DNA from: an uncultured bacterium
GTDB taxonomy: Bacteria > Chloroflexota > UBA5177 > JANWHV01
Length of the DNA stretch: 64,000 nt
Direction: 5' to 3'
Assembly (NCBI GenBank): GCA_963827235.1
Contig: CAWHAE010000016.1
Location: 288,001-352,000, forward strand
Every line of letters starts with the position of its first letter. Positions within the stretch are counted from its first letter, which is position 1. The position numbers and the translations under genes are program-made. The notes beneath the pieces are model-generated. The model saw nothing but the letters and a program-made list of their open reading frames with translations. It had not been told where the DNA came from and did not search any database. This document shows, piece by piece, positions 1 through 10,610 of this stretch.

Positions 1-1
1 G

Positions 2-1030
<1,029 letters not shown>

Positions 1031-1150
1031 TGCCGGCTGCTGGGCCGGCACGGTATCACGCCGCCCATGGCCGATTGATCGGCGGGCGTCAGTGTAACAG
1101 TTGAGCGTCATCGGCGGATGATCGGTGGCGCGGGGAATGGGAGGAAGACC

Positions 1151-1465
1151 ATGGCTTTTGAGGCAAAGCTCGAGATCGTCGGCGCCGAGGCACGGATCAC
1201 GCTCGCGGGCGAGCTCGACGCGAGTGCCGCTCCAGCGTTCCGAGAGAAGGTCGAGCAGGCGGCGGCCGGCCAGGTGAGCAAGCTGGTGATCATCATGTCC
1301 GATCTCTCATACATGGCCAGCGCCGGCTTGCGCGGCCTGATCTTCGCCAAGCAGAAGATGGGCGGCACGGTGGAGATCATCCTGGTAGGCATTCAGGAAG
1401 GCGTGAAAGAGACTCTGGAAATGACGGGCTTCCAGCACAGTGTGACAATGGTGGACGCCTACTAG
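1151..1465 (+). CDS. STAS-domain anti-sigma factor antagonist (RsbV/SpoIIAA-like)
   Basis: LAGELDAS and LSYMASAGLR (phospho-acceptor Ser motif). ATG 1151 follows GGAGG. Confidence 0.92.
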   Translation: MAFEAKLEIVGAEARITLAGELDASAAPAFREKVEQAAAGQVSKLVIIMSDLSYMASAGLRGLIFAKQKMGGTVEIILVGIQEGVKETLEMTGFQHSVTMVDAY

Positions 1466-1505
1466 GCGCGGCCCGACGGGACGCACAGGCGCAGGAGGCC
1501 ACAGC

Positions 1506-2417
1506 ATGATTGAAGCGAGTGCCGCGCAGCCGGCCATCGACCCGGCTAAGCGCGAGGAGGCGCTGCTCAAGATCGAGCGGGACATTCAGATCGGTCGCGA
1601 TATCCAGGCGAGCTTCTTGCCCAAGACCCTCCCCGAGGTGCCGGGCTGGGAACTGGCAGCGCAATTCGAGCCTGCACGGGAGGTCGCGGGCGATTTCTAC
1701 GACGCCTTTCCCCTCAACCAGGGGAGGCGCCTTGGCATCGTCATTGCCGACGTGTGCGATAAAGGAGTGGGCGCGGCGCTTTTCATGGCGCTGTTCCGCA
1801 GCCTGATACGCGCTTTCGCTCAGCAACACTACTCGCTTCGCTGGATGGGCGACGAGGAAACGGACTTTCTGAGCAGCCCGGTAGCGGACCGCCGTCGAGG
1901 AATACCATCCACCGGCACTACTGCGCTCAAGAATGCTATGTCCCTAACGAACAACTACATCATCACGAACCACGGCGATACCAGCATGTTTGCCACGATG
2001 TTCTTCGGCGTGCTGGACCCCGCGTCGGGCGTGCTCACGTACATCAACGGTGGTCACTGCCCGCCCTGGCTCTTCAACGAGGCCGGTGTGAAGCGCCGGC
2101 TTACTCCCACCGGCCCTGCCGTGGGCATGGTGCCGGACGTGGATTTCGCCATCCAGCAGGTGACCTTTGCGCCAGGGGACATGCTTCTGGCCTTTACCGA
2201 TGGCGTGCCGGAGGCACGCGACCCGGACGGTGCCTTCTTCACCGAAGCGCGGTTGCGCACACTGATCAACAACCCGATGGCGGCCACGGCGAAGGAGCTG
2301 GTGACGCGAGTACTCGCACAGCTGACCACGCACATTGGCACCGCAGTGCAGTTCGACGACATCACCATGCTCGCGGTACGTCGGGCTGCCGAAACGACTG
2401 CGTCGGACGCTCCCTGA
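1506..2417 (+). CDS. PP2C/SpoIIE-family Ser phosphatase (RsbU/IcfG-like) without a sensor domain
   Basis: Motifs VAGDFYD, IADVCDKGVGAALFM, FTDGVPEA and QFDDITML. Confidence 0.93.
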   Translation: MIEASAAQPAIDPAKREEALLKIERDIQIGRDIQASFLPKTLPEVPGWELAAQFEPAREVAGDFYDAFPLNQGRRLGIVIADVCDKGVGAALFMALFRSLIRAFAQQHYSLRWMGDEETDFLSSPVADRRRGIPSTGTTALKNAMSLTNNYIITNHGDTSMFATMFFGVLDPASGVLTYINGGHCPPWLFNEAGVKRRLTPTGPAVGMVPDVDFAIQQVTFAPGDMLLAFTDGVPEARDPDGAFFTEARLRTLINNPMAATAKELVTRVLAQLTTHIGTAVQFDDITMLAVRRAAETTASDAP

Positions 2418-2479
2418 GAATGTATGCTGGCGCCGACATTGCCGGAGGCCCGAGACTTGAAGTCTCAAAGGAGACCATC

Positions 2480-2908
2480 GTGGACCGACTGACGCTACCT
2501 GGCACGCTGGATTCACTGGAAGCCATCGGTCAGCTCGTCCTGAGCGCGGCTAGCGAGGCCGGCCTCGACCGCAAAGCATCGTACCGCCTGCGGCTGGCGG
2601 TAGACGAGATCGCCACCAACATAGTCGTCCACGGCTATGACGAAGCGGGCCGGCAAGGCCCGATAGACATCTGGGTTGAGCTGGACGATGCGGAGCTACG
2701 CGTGTGCATGGAGGACGCGGCCCTCCCGTTCGATCCGCACGAGGCGCGCAAGCCTGCCGGCATGGATAGGCCCCTGGAGGAACGCCAAATCGGCGGTCTT
2801 GGCGTCTTCCTTGCCCTGCGTGGAGTCGACGATCTGCGCTACGAGCGGGCAGGAGAGCGAAACCGCAACGTCATCGTCGTGCATCGACCGCAGGCGCCGG
2901 CGCAGTAG
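2480..2908 (+). CDS. RsbW-like anti-sigma factor/Ser kinase (HATPase_c)
   Basis: LAVDEIATNIVVHGY (N-box) and IGGLGVFL (G-box). GTG 2480 follows AAGGAG. Confidence 0.9.
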   Translation: MDRLTLPGTLDSLEAIGQLVLSAASEAGLDRKASYRLRLAVDEIATNIVVHGYDEAGRQGPIDIWVELDDAELRVCMEDAALPFDPHEARKPAGMDRPLEERQIGGLGVFLALRGVDDLRYERAGERNRNVIVVHRPQAPAQ

Positions 2909-2938
2909 CCGGGTCCGCGCTCAGGAGAGGGAAAGCCA

Positions 2939-3694
2939 ATGCCTCGCATTATCTCGGTCCACAGCTACCGCGGAGGTACGGGAAAGTCGAACACCTCGGC
3001 GAATATGGCCGCGTTGCTGGCCGTGCGCGGGCAGCGCGTGGGCATCGTCGACACGGACATACTGTCGCCCGGCGTCCACGTGCTATTCGGTATGTCGCAG
3101 GACCCAACCGGCCCGGTGCTCAACGACTACCTCTGGGGCAAGTGCGAAATCAAGGACGCCGCCTACGATGTGACTGCCACGCTGTCCGCCGATGTGCGCG
3201 GCAAGGTGTTCCTGGTGCCGGCGAGCGTGCAGGCCAACAACATCGCACGCATCCTGCGTGAAGGATACGACGTCGGTCTGCTGAACGACGGGTTCAACGC
3301 TCTGGTCCGCGACCTCAAGCTGGATGCGCTGATCATCGATACTCACCCGGGGCTCAACGAGGAGACTCTGCTGTCCATCGCCATCTCCGACGTGCTCCTG
3401 ATCGTGCTACGGCCGGACTTGCAGGACTACCAGGGCACCGGCGTCACGGTGCAGGTGGCCCGCAAGCTGAGCGTTCCTCTCCTGCTACTGGTGGTGAACA
3501 AGTGCCCATCCAGCCTGGACCCGGACGCGGTACGAAAGCGCGTGCAGCAGGCCTACAACTGCGAGGTTGCTGCCGTGTTCCCCCACTCAGACGAGATCAT
3601 GACGCTTGCCAGCGGCGGCGTGTTTGTCCTCAAGTACCCTGACTTGCCCGTCACGGCCAGCTTCAAACACATGGTAGATCGCGTCCTTGAATAA
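2939..3694 (+). CDS. MinD/ParA-family ATPase
   Basis: Walker A SYRGGTGKSN, plus VDTD and IIDTHPG. Confidence 0.9.
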   Translation: MPRIISVHSYRGGTGKSNTSANMAALLAVRGQRVGIVDTDILSPGVHVLFGMSQDPTGPVLNDYLWGKCEIKDAAYDVTATLSADVRGKVFLVPASVQANNIARILREGYDVGLLNDGFNALVRDLKLDALIIDTHPGLNEETLLSIAISDVLLIVLRPDLQDYQGTGVTVQVARKLSVPLLLLVVNKCPSSLDPDAVRKRVQQAYNCEVAAVFPHSDEIMTLASGGVFVLKYPDLPVTASFKHMVDRVLE

Positions 3695-3749
3695 CGGCTG
3701 CCGGCGAGCGCGCGCCCAGGCGCGTGGCTCTAGTGGGAGGGCTTCCGGC

Positions 3750-4100
3750 ATGCGTGCTGCCGAGATCCAGGATTGGTTCGAACGTACCTTGGACCAGCAA
3801 CGGGCAGGAGGCGTGACCGCAATCGACCTGCTTGACCTGCCGCCCGTACTGAACCAGATTCTGCGCGTGCTTCTCGCGCATGGGCCCATGACGGCTGCGC
3901 AGATGCGGGCGGCGCTTGCCGCCCTGCCCGACACGCTGTGGCTCGACAACAGCGATCTGTCATTGGCCCTCGACGGTCTCATTGAACGGCATTGGCTGCT
4001 CTGCGACTCCGGCGCGGCGGATCCGGTGTACCGGGTGAACCTTCGCGCGAAGGCCAGGATTAGCGCTGTGACAAAGGGAAGGGAGGCGCTCGATTTCTAG
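3750..4100 (+). CDS. Small putative winged-helix protein
   Basis: ATG follows GGGAGG. Helix-turn-helix-wing-like pattern (ILRVLLAHGPMT...LDGLIERHWL...YRVNL). Co-directional within the cluster. Confidence 0.6.
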   Translation: MRAAEIQDWFERTLDQQRAGGVTAIDLLDLPPVLNQILRVLLAHGPMTAAQMRAALAALPDTLWLDNSDLSLALDGLIERHWLLCDSGAADPVYRVNLRAKARISAVTKGREALDF

Positions 4101-4125
4101 CCTCCGGCTCAAAACCTTCGGGCAG

Positions 4126-5478
4126 ATGCTCAACGTCAGGCGCGGCGAATGGCCGGTACTTGGCAGGTTCTTGTTGCTGTTCGGCATCTTGAACCTGCTC
4201 ACCGATAGTGTGGACGTGCTGGCGACCAGCGATTATGTGCTCAACGTCGGCACCGACGCCATCCCGGTCATATGGTCCGCGGTCACCATTATGCTCGTTG
4301 TGGTCTCGGCCGCCTACACACTGATCGCCGATCGCTTCGCTCGCCGTGTCGTGCTTCGCATTCTGCTTGCTGCTTTTGGCCTCGCCTTCGTCGTGCTCTG
4401 GGCTCTGCTGGCCGACTCGCTCCTGCCCAAGCCGTTGCTCTACAACGCGCTCTATCTGCTGGATAACGTGCAGCTGATCGTGTTGCCGCTGGCTTTTTGG
4501 CCGGTGGCGAGCGATCACTACAACGTGGCAAACAGCACCAGGCTGTTTCCGGCCATCGCGCTGGCAGGACTCGTGGGCAAGATCCTGGGCAACTGGCTTG
4601 GCGGCGTCTCCGTGGCCTGGTTCAGCTCTCGCGGCTTGAACGGGAACGATGCCCTCCTGATCGCCAGCGGCGTGCTGCTGCTGGCCGCGGCGTTGATCCC
4701 GGCTCTCGTGCCGGCGCCACGAGCTTCGGAGAACGGATCACCGACGGCAAAGCTCGACATTATGGAGACTCTTCGCGAGGGCATGGACTTCGTGCGCGAA
4801 GTGCCCCTCTTTCGTTACCTGGCAATCGTGTTCTTCCTCAACCAACTGGTGATCACGGTGCTCGACTACCAGTACCTGGTGGTCGGCCACCAGCTGTTCC
4901 CCAGGGGCGCGGACTTCAGTGAGTTCTTCGGCAATTTGCGAGCCCTCTGGAACGTCACTGCCCTGGCCATGCAGATCATGATCGTCAGTCGCCTCAGCGA
5001 GCGACTGGGACCGAAGAACATCTTCTTCCTGGTGCCGGGCGTGTTGGTGGCCGGAATGGCCTTATCAGCTGCCGTATACGGGTTTATGAGCCTTGTTGTG
5101 GCTCGGGCCAGCGTGATCGCCAGTCGTTTCGCCTCCAACGTGCTGGCCACGACTTTCGAGAGGCCAGCGCGGAAGGCGGTGCAGGGCCTGGTGCCGGAGG
5201 GCAAGCGTGGGCGGGTAACGACATTCATCGACAGCTTCCTCTTCGCGATCGCTCAGATCATTGGCTGTGCCGTCCTGGGCGCGGGTGTTCTGCTGCGCCG
5301 CTCAGGCGCGCTGAGCCCAACTGCGGTGGCGATTGGCTACATGCTGATCGGAGCGGTGTGTGCCGTGCTCGCCGTCTACTTCGTGACCCGCCTGCGGGCC
5401 ACCTACGACGCCAGCCTGGTGAATTGGCGCCTGGCCAGGCGCAAACGCGGATCGGCGGTCGCCGGTCTCGATTTCTAG
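4126..5478 (+). CDS. MFS-fold transporter resembling the NTT/ATP:ADP antiporter (Npt/TLC) family
   Basis: About 12 hydrophobic segments. FWPVASDHYN...RLFPAI and VLDYQY resemble NTT-like proteins. Start codon uncertain. Confidence 0.65.
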   Translation: MLNVRRGEWPVLGRFLLLFGILNLLTDSVDVLATSDYVLNVGTDAIPVIWSAVTIMLVVVSAAYTLIADRFARRVVLRILLAAFGLAFVVLWALLADSLLPKPLLYNALYLLDNVQLIVLPLAFWPVASDHYNVANSTRLFPAIALAGLVGKILGNWLGGVSVAWFSSRGLNGNDALLIASGVLLLAAALIPALVPAPRASENGSPTAKLDIMETLREGMDFVREVPLFRYLAIVFFLNQLVITVLDYQYLVVGHQLFPRGADFSEFFGNLRALWNVTALAMQIMIVSRLSERLGPKNIFFLVPGVLVAGMALSAAVYGFMSLVVARASVIASRFASNVLATTFERPARKAVQGLVPEGKRGRVTTFIDSFLFAIAQIIGCAVLGAGVLLRRSGALSPTAVAIGYMLIGAVCAVLAVYFVTRLRATYDASLVNWRLARRKRGSAVAGLDF

Positions 5479-5543
5479 GGCACGGGTACCGGCGATTGTG
5501 GGACGGGCCTGACACGCTATATCGAACTTGAGGAGTAGGGAAG

Positions 5544-6599
5544 ATGCAAGGCATCGCGGGGAGCATCCTGAAACGAGCCGCCTGGCTGCCGGCGGCGATC
5601 ACCTGGAGCGTTCGACCGATCATGGCACGGGTCAGCCTGCGGATCCAGCTCCTGGCGGTTTTCATGCTCCTGTTTGCCGTCGCCTTCGGCGGCACAGCCT
5701 ACTTCTTCTACAACACCTCCAGCGACCAGGCCATGAAGGTGCTGCGCAACGACCTGAACGGCAGCGCCACCGAGCTGGCGTCGCAGCTGAACGCGGTGAC
5801 TTTGACCAAGATCCTGACTACCAAGCAGATGACCACCGATTACAAGGCGGAGCAGGATCAGCTGCTCTACCTCAAGGCATCCGATCCCAAGATCTACGGC
5901 GCCTATATCTTCACCCGCAATCCGCAGGATCCCAAGACCATGCTCTGGATCGTCAGCTCAAATCTGCATCCTTCAAAGCGATGCCGGCCCGTCCCGGGCT
6001 GCGTGTATGACCCCAAGAGCCACCTGGCTGAGATGGCAGCCGGATTCGCGCAGCCCACCACGAGCCCCAGCATCTACAGCGACGTATATGGATCCTGGCT
6101 GTCCGGGTATGCGCCTGTTCGCGACACCAAAGGGAGCACGGTAGCGATTGCCGAAGTGGACATGACGGCTCAATCGGTGATCAACGTGCAGAACAACATC
6201 AAGGACGCCAGCGTGCGCGTGTTCATCATTGTGCTGATCTGTCTACTGGCGATCATCCCCCTGATGGCAGCCGTAATCACCAACCCGCTCAAGATCGTCA
6301 CCCTGGCTGCGCGCGCTCTCGAGCTCGGCACTTCTCCGGATCGCACCAGACTGCAGCGTGCCACGAAAGGCCATGACGAGGTCAGCCAGCTCGCGGGCGT
6401 GTTCAGCCGAATGGCCGACGAGGTGGAGGCCCGTGAACAGAAGTTGAAGCGGCAGGTAGAGGAGCTCAAGATCGAGATCGACCTGAGCAAGCAGCAAAAA
6501 GAGGTGGCGGAGATCACGGAGACCGACTTCTTCCGCGAGCTCCAGCAGAAGGCACAGCGATATCGCGCCCGCGCCGGGGATCCGGCGCCCGCAATCTAG
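5544..6599 (+). CDS. Membrane sensor: TM, extracytoplasmic Cache-like domain, TM, HAMP, coiled coil; no catalytic output
   Basis: Two TM helices, YSDVYGSWLSGYAPV, HAMP-like ITNPLK...DEVSQLAGVFSRMA, short C-terminal coiled coil. Confidence 0.8.
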   Translation: MQGIAGSILKRAAWLPAAITWSVRPIMARVSLRIQLLAVFMLLFAVAFGGTAYFFYNTSSDQAMKVLRNDLNGSATELASQLNAVTLTKILTTKQMTTDYKAEQDQLLYLKASDPKIYGAYIFTRNPQDPKTMLWIVSSNLHPSKRCRPVPGCVYDPKSHLAEMAAGFAQPTTSPSIYSDVYGSWLSGYAPVRDTKGSTVAIAEVDMTAQSVINVQNNIKDASVRVFIIVLICLLAIIPLMAAVITNPLKIVTLAARALELGTSPDRTRLQRATKGHDEVSQLAGVFSRMADEVEAREQKLKRQVEELKIEIDLSKQQKEVAEITETDFFRELQQKAQRYRARAGDPAPAI

Positions 6600-6675
6600 G
6601 CCGGCCAGCCAAGAGCCGACCGTTCGGCCGCCCGCGAAAGCGGCGTTGACGTACTAGCGAGGACCAGAGGTTTGC

Positions 6676-7206
6676 ATGACCACCCTAGTTGAACTGGACC
6701 CGGCAGTGGCCGAAGCGCAGCACATCGCCTCGCGCCAAACGCTGCGACTGCGCGAGGCTACAGCGGACGATCGGGAGCGGCTCTGGGAGTTTATTTCCGG
6801 TTCGGGCCTGCAGGCCGCGGGCACACTCGAGCCTGGTAGCCGCTTCTGGTTGATGGAGAACGGCGAGGGCAGGATAGTAGCGAGCACCGGCATCGAATAC
6901 GGCTCGGGAGCAGTGCTCCTACGCAGCACGGCCGTGGATCGCAGCCTCCGGCACCGCGGTCTGGCCCTTGCCTTCTACGAGTTCCGCTTTGCCGTAGCCA
7001 TGGCCGAGGGGTATAGAGTGGCCTACGGCTTTTGCGACACGCCGTCGTTCATGCTGCGCACGGGCTGGCGCGCCGTGTCCGTTCAGGAAGTGGTGGACGC
7101 GCTCCCGGATAGTCACCAGGTCCGGCACTTCGACCGCATCGGCTGGTTGCCGAACGAACATGCCTTCCGCCGCGACTTGGTCACCAGATGGGACGAAAGG
7201 CCGTAG
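6676..7206 (+). CDS. GNAT-family N-acetyltransferase
   Basis: Acetyl-CoA-binding motif A LLRSTAVDRSLRHRGLA. Confidence 0.75.
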   Translation: MTTLVELDPAVAEAQHIASRQTLRLREATADDRERLWEFISGSGLQAAGTLEPGSRFWLMENGEGRIVASTGIEYGSGAVLLRSTAVDRSLRHRGLALAFYEFRFAVAMAEGYRVAYGFCDTPSFMLRTGWRAVSVQEVVDALPDSHQVRHFDRIGWLPNEHAFRRDLVTRWDERP

Positions 7207-7321
7207 ATAGCGCGGCCGAGGGCTGGGTCGAGATGCCATTCAATGGGGTAGAGCGGTCACACATGATTCAACGGTCTCGCAGAGTGCGGGGTTCGAAGGT
7301 CGAGTGAAGAGAGGTTCTAGG

Positions 7322-8143
7322 GTGAAACGCATCTTGGTGGTACTTTCGGAGTTCGGATTCTGGGGCGAAGAGCTGGTTGGGCCAATCGAGGTGCTGGACA
7401 AAGCAGGCTACGAGACGGTCTTCATGACGCCCAAGGGCCAGCGCGCGCACGCACTTCCGCCCAGCATGGAAGCCGGCTACCTCGATCCGCCGCTGGGTAA
7501 GGTCGTGACGGATGAGCATTTCGCCGCCGCGACGCGTGCTATCGACGCCTCGTCCCGCCTCGACAATCCGATCAATCTCGCGGCATGGTTCCCGGAGCGT
7601 CCCTATTTCAACGCACCGGACTTCGGGCATGCACTGGAAGCCTACTACGCGCGAAGGGATGCCTGCTGGAAGGAGCTTCAGCAGTATGATGCATTGCTTC
7701 TTGTGGGCGGCAGCGGGCCAATCGTGGACATGGTCAACAACCAGCGCTTGCACGACGCGATCCTGGGATTTGTCGCCGCGGACAAGCTGATCGCCGCCGA
7801 ATGCTACGGCGTGGCCTGCCTTGCCTTCGCCCGCGACTGGACGGACCGCAAGAGCATCATCTGGGGCAAACACGTAACCGGCCATGCCCTGGAATACGAC
7901 TACAAGGACGGCACGGGATTCCTGAACGCCGATATCAACATGGGTCCGCCGCCGTACCCGCTCGAGCTCATCTTGCGCGATGCCACCGGGCCTGACGGCC
8001 GATACCACGGCGGCGTGGGGCACACCCTGTCGACCATTCTCGACTTCCCCTTCCTGACCGGCCGATCCACGCAGGATTCGCATCTGGTGGGTGAACTGAT
8101 CGTGCATGTGCTGGAAAAGGGAGTGAAGCGTTTCGGCTGGTAG
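7322..8143 (+). CDS. DJ-1/PfpI (class I glutamine amidotransferase-like) protein
   Basis: GFWGEEL (Glu), LLVGGSGP, nucleophile elbow AECYG. Confidence 0.85.
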   Translation: MKRILVVLSEFGFWGEELVGPIEVLDKAGYETVFMTPKGQRAHALPPSMEAGYLDPPLGKVVTDEHFAAATRAIDASSRLDNPINLAAWFPERPYFNAPDFGHALEAYYARRDACWKELQQYDALLLVGGSGPIVDMVNNQRLHDAILGFVAADKLIAAECYGVACLAFARDWTDRKSIIWGKHVTGHALEYDYKDGTGFLNADINMGPPPYPLELILRDATGPDGRYHGGVGHTLSTILDFPFLTGRSTQDSHLVGELIVHVLEKGVKRFGW

Positions 8144-8240
8144 CAGGCCATGGTGCTGCGAGGACGACCTCGGTCGCCATCGCTTAGCAGAACCCATCCG
8201 TTGGACGGCGCGGCCAGGCGCGTGTGGGAGGTGAGGCGTC

Positions 8241-9944
8241 ATGCAGGAAAACGGCCATAAGGCGATCCTGAGGCAATTCGTGGCCGATGGAATGCGCTAC
8301 ATGTTCGGCAATCCCGGCACGGTGGAACAGGGCTTCTTGGATGCCCTGAGCGACATCCCGGAGATGCGCTATATACTCACGCTGCAGGAAAGCGTGGCGG
8401 TGATGGCGGCCGATGGCTACGCCAGAGCGACGCGCCGCCCCACGCTCGTGCAAATCCACAGCTCGCCCGGCCTGGGAAACGCTATCGGCGCCATCTATCA
8501 GGCGTATCGCGGCCACTCGCCCCTCGTGGTGATAGGCGGCGACGCCGGTATCAGGTACCAGCCTATGGACTCTCAGATGGCAGCGGACCTGGTCGGAATG
8601 GCAAAGCCGGTAACCAAATGGTCGGCCACCGTGCAGGACCCGCGATCGCTGCTCAGGCTCGTGCGCCGGGCAATCAAGATTGCAGCGACACCGCCAATGG
8701 GGCCGGTCTATCTGTGTCTGCCCCAGGATGTGCTCGACGTACCGGCCACCGAACCGGTGTTCCCCACCGGAATCCCCTCAGCGAGCGTCGCGCCTCCACC
8801 GGGCCAGCTCAAACAACCGGCGACCCTCCTGGCCCGAGCCGTGCGTCCCATGATCTACGTGGGTGATGGAATAGCCTACGCCGGTGCCCAGGACGAGCTG
8901 ACAAGGCTTGCCGAGCTGCTGGGTGCCGAGGTCTACGAGGCCGACGCTGGCGAAGTCAACATGAGCTACAGCCATCCACTCTATCAGGGCGCGACAGGCC
9001 ACATGTTCGGTTCCCAGAGCCTGCCGATCACTCGGAAAGGCGACGTCAATCTGATATGCGGCACGTACGTGCTGCCGGAGGTGTTCCCGGAGCTCGGCGA
9101 CATTTTCGCCCCGGGCTCTTCGACCATCCACATCGACCTCAATGCCTACGAGATCGCCAAGAACCATCGCGTCGATTTCGGTTTCGTCGCCGATCCCAAG
9201 CTCACGCTTGCCCTGCTGGCCGACGCGGTCGAGGAGGTCATGACTCCCAAAATGAGAGCCGCGGCCATCGAGCGCACGGAACGGCTTGCGGCAGAGAAAG
9301 CCGAGCGTCTCAGGAAGGCGTCAGCTGTTGATGCGGCTCGCCGCGACGACGTGCCGATGCAGATGGCTCGCTTCGTCGAGGAGCTCAGGCCCGCTCTGCC
9401 GGACGGCACAGTGCTCTTCGACGAGGCGCTGACCAATAGTCCGCCGATCAGCCGCTACTTTCAGCCGCTGCGAAGCGGGCAGTACTTCATCACGCGAGGA
9501 GGCTCGTTGGGTGTGGGATTCCCGGGAGCGATCGGCGTCAAGCTGGCCAATCCGCGGCAGACAGTCATTGGCTTCAGTGGCGACGGCGGCGCCATGTACA
9601 CCATCCAGGCGATCTGGACCGCGGCGCGCCACGACGTTGATGTCAAGTTCGTGGTGTGCAACAACCGTTCCTATCGCCTGCTCCAACTCAACGTCCAGGC
9701 GTATTGGAAAGAGCTCGGCAGCGAGCTGCATGCCTTCCCGTTGAGCTTCGATCTCTCGAAGCCCGACCTCCGTTTCGACGAGATGGCGCGGGCCATGGGC
9801 GCACGAGGCGTGCGAGTGGAAAAGCCAGGGGAGATCGCGCCGGCCATCAAGCAGATGCTGGCATCGCCGGGACCGTTCCTGATTGACCTGGTGCTGGAGG
9901 GTGACACGCATCCCGAGCTGATCGGAGTGACGTGCGGGCAATGA
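8241..9944 (+). CDS. Thiamine-diphosphate-dependent enzyme (benzoylformate decarboxylase/ALS-like family)
   Basis: FGNPGTVE, LQESVAVMAADGYAR and the ThDP motif GDGGAMYTIQAIWTA...NN. Confidence 0.92.
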   Translation: MQENGHKAILRQFVADGMRYMFGNPGTVEQGFLDALSDIPEMRYILTLQESVAVMAADGYARATRRPTLVQIHSSPGLGNAIGAIYQAYRGHSPLVVIGGDAGIRYQPMDSQMAADLVGMAKPVTKWSATVQDPRSLLRLVRRAIKIAATPPMGPVYLCLPQDVLDVPATEPVFPTGIPSASVAPPPGQLKQPATLLARAVRPMIYVGDGIAYAGAQDELTRLAELLGAEVYEADAGEVNMSYSHPLYQGATGHMFGSQSLPITRKGDVNLICGTYVLPEVFPELGDIFAPGSSTIHIDLNAYEIAKNHRVDFGFVADPKLTLALLADAVEEVMTPKMRAAAIERTERLAAEKAERLRKASAVDAARRDDVPMQMARFVEELRPALPDGTVLFDEALTNSPPISRYFQPLRSGQYFITRGGSLGVGFPGAIGVKLANPRQTVIGFSGDGGAMYTIQAIWTAARHDVDVKFVVCNNRSYRLLQLNVQAYWKELGSELHAFPLSFDLSKPDLRFDEMARAMGARGVRVEKPGEIAPAIKQMLASPGPFLIDLVLEGDTHPELIGVTCGQ

Positions 9945-9993
9945 CTCCGGAGAGGCGCTTCGCACGGGGCTCGGGTACCCGGCATGGAGTGAG

Positions 9994-10587
9994 ATGAGCC
10001 ATGAGAAGAGGAAGCCTATGAATCTGGCAGGCGCGAAAGTCGGCGTGCTCATGGAGGGTGACTTCTACGAGAACGAGATCTTCTATTACCAGCATCGCTT
10101 TCCCGAGGAAGGGATGGACCTGCACTTCCTGACACGGCTGTGGGGCCAGCCGTCGCTGACCTTCCACGGGCACGAGTACAGAGTGCCGTTCGAGTGCGGC
10201 GAGAGCTTCGAGGACCTGGACGACCAAGCCCTGCGCAGCTTCGCGGCAATCATCGTGCCGGCAGGCATCGTCGCCGACCGCCTTCGCTATACCGAGGACA
10301 TCCACAAGCTGCCCCCGGCCGTTGAGTTCCTCAAGCGGGCCTTTGCCGAGCCAAGCGTCGTCAAGGGAATCATCTGTCACGGCATGTGGCTGGTGGCTCC
10401 CGTCCCCGAGCTGGTGCGCGGCCGGCGCGTCGTGGTGCACAACAACCTGATCGGGGACGCCCGCAACATGGGCGCCGTGTTTACCGACGAAGACGTCGTG
10501 GTCGACGGCGATCTGGTGACGGCGAGGACCGGTGGGCACTGCCACCAGTTCGCGCGCACGATTATCGACCTGCTGGCCGCCAGATAA
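9994..10587 (+). CDS. DJ-1/PfpI family protein
   Basis: FYENEI (Glu), IICHG elbow, VVVDGDLVTAR. Confidence 0.9.
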   Translation: MSHEKRKPMNLAGAKVGVLMEGDFYENEIFYYQHRFPEEGMDLHFLTRLWGQPSLTFHGHEYRVPFECGESFEDLDDQALRSFAAIIVPAGIVADRLRYTEDIHKLPPAVEFLKRAFAEPSVVKGIICHGMWLVAPVPELVRGRRVVVHNNLIGDARNMGAVFTDEDVVVDGDLVTARTGGHCHQFARTIIDLLAAR

Positions 10588-10610
10588 GAACAGTGTAGAA
10601 AGAGAGCGAC

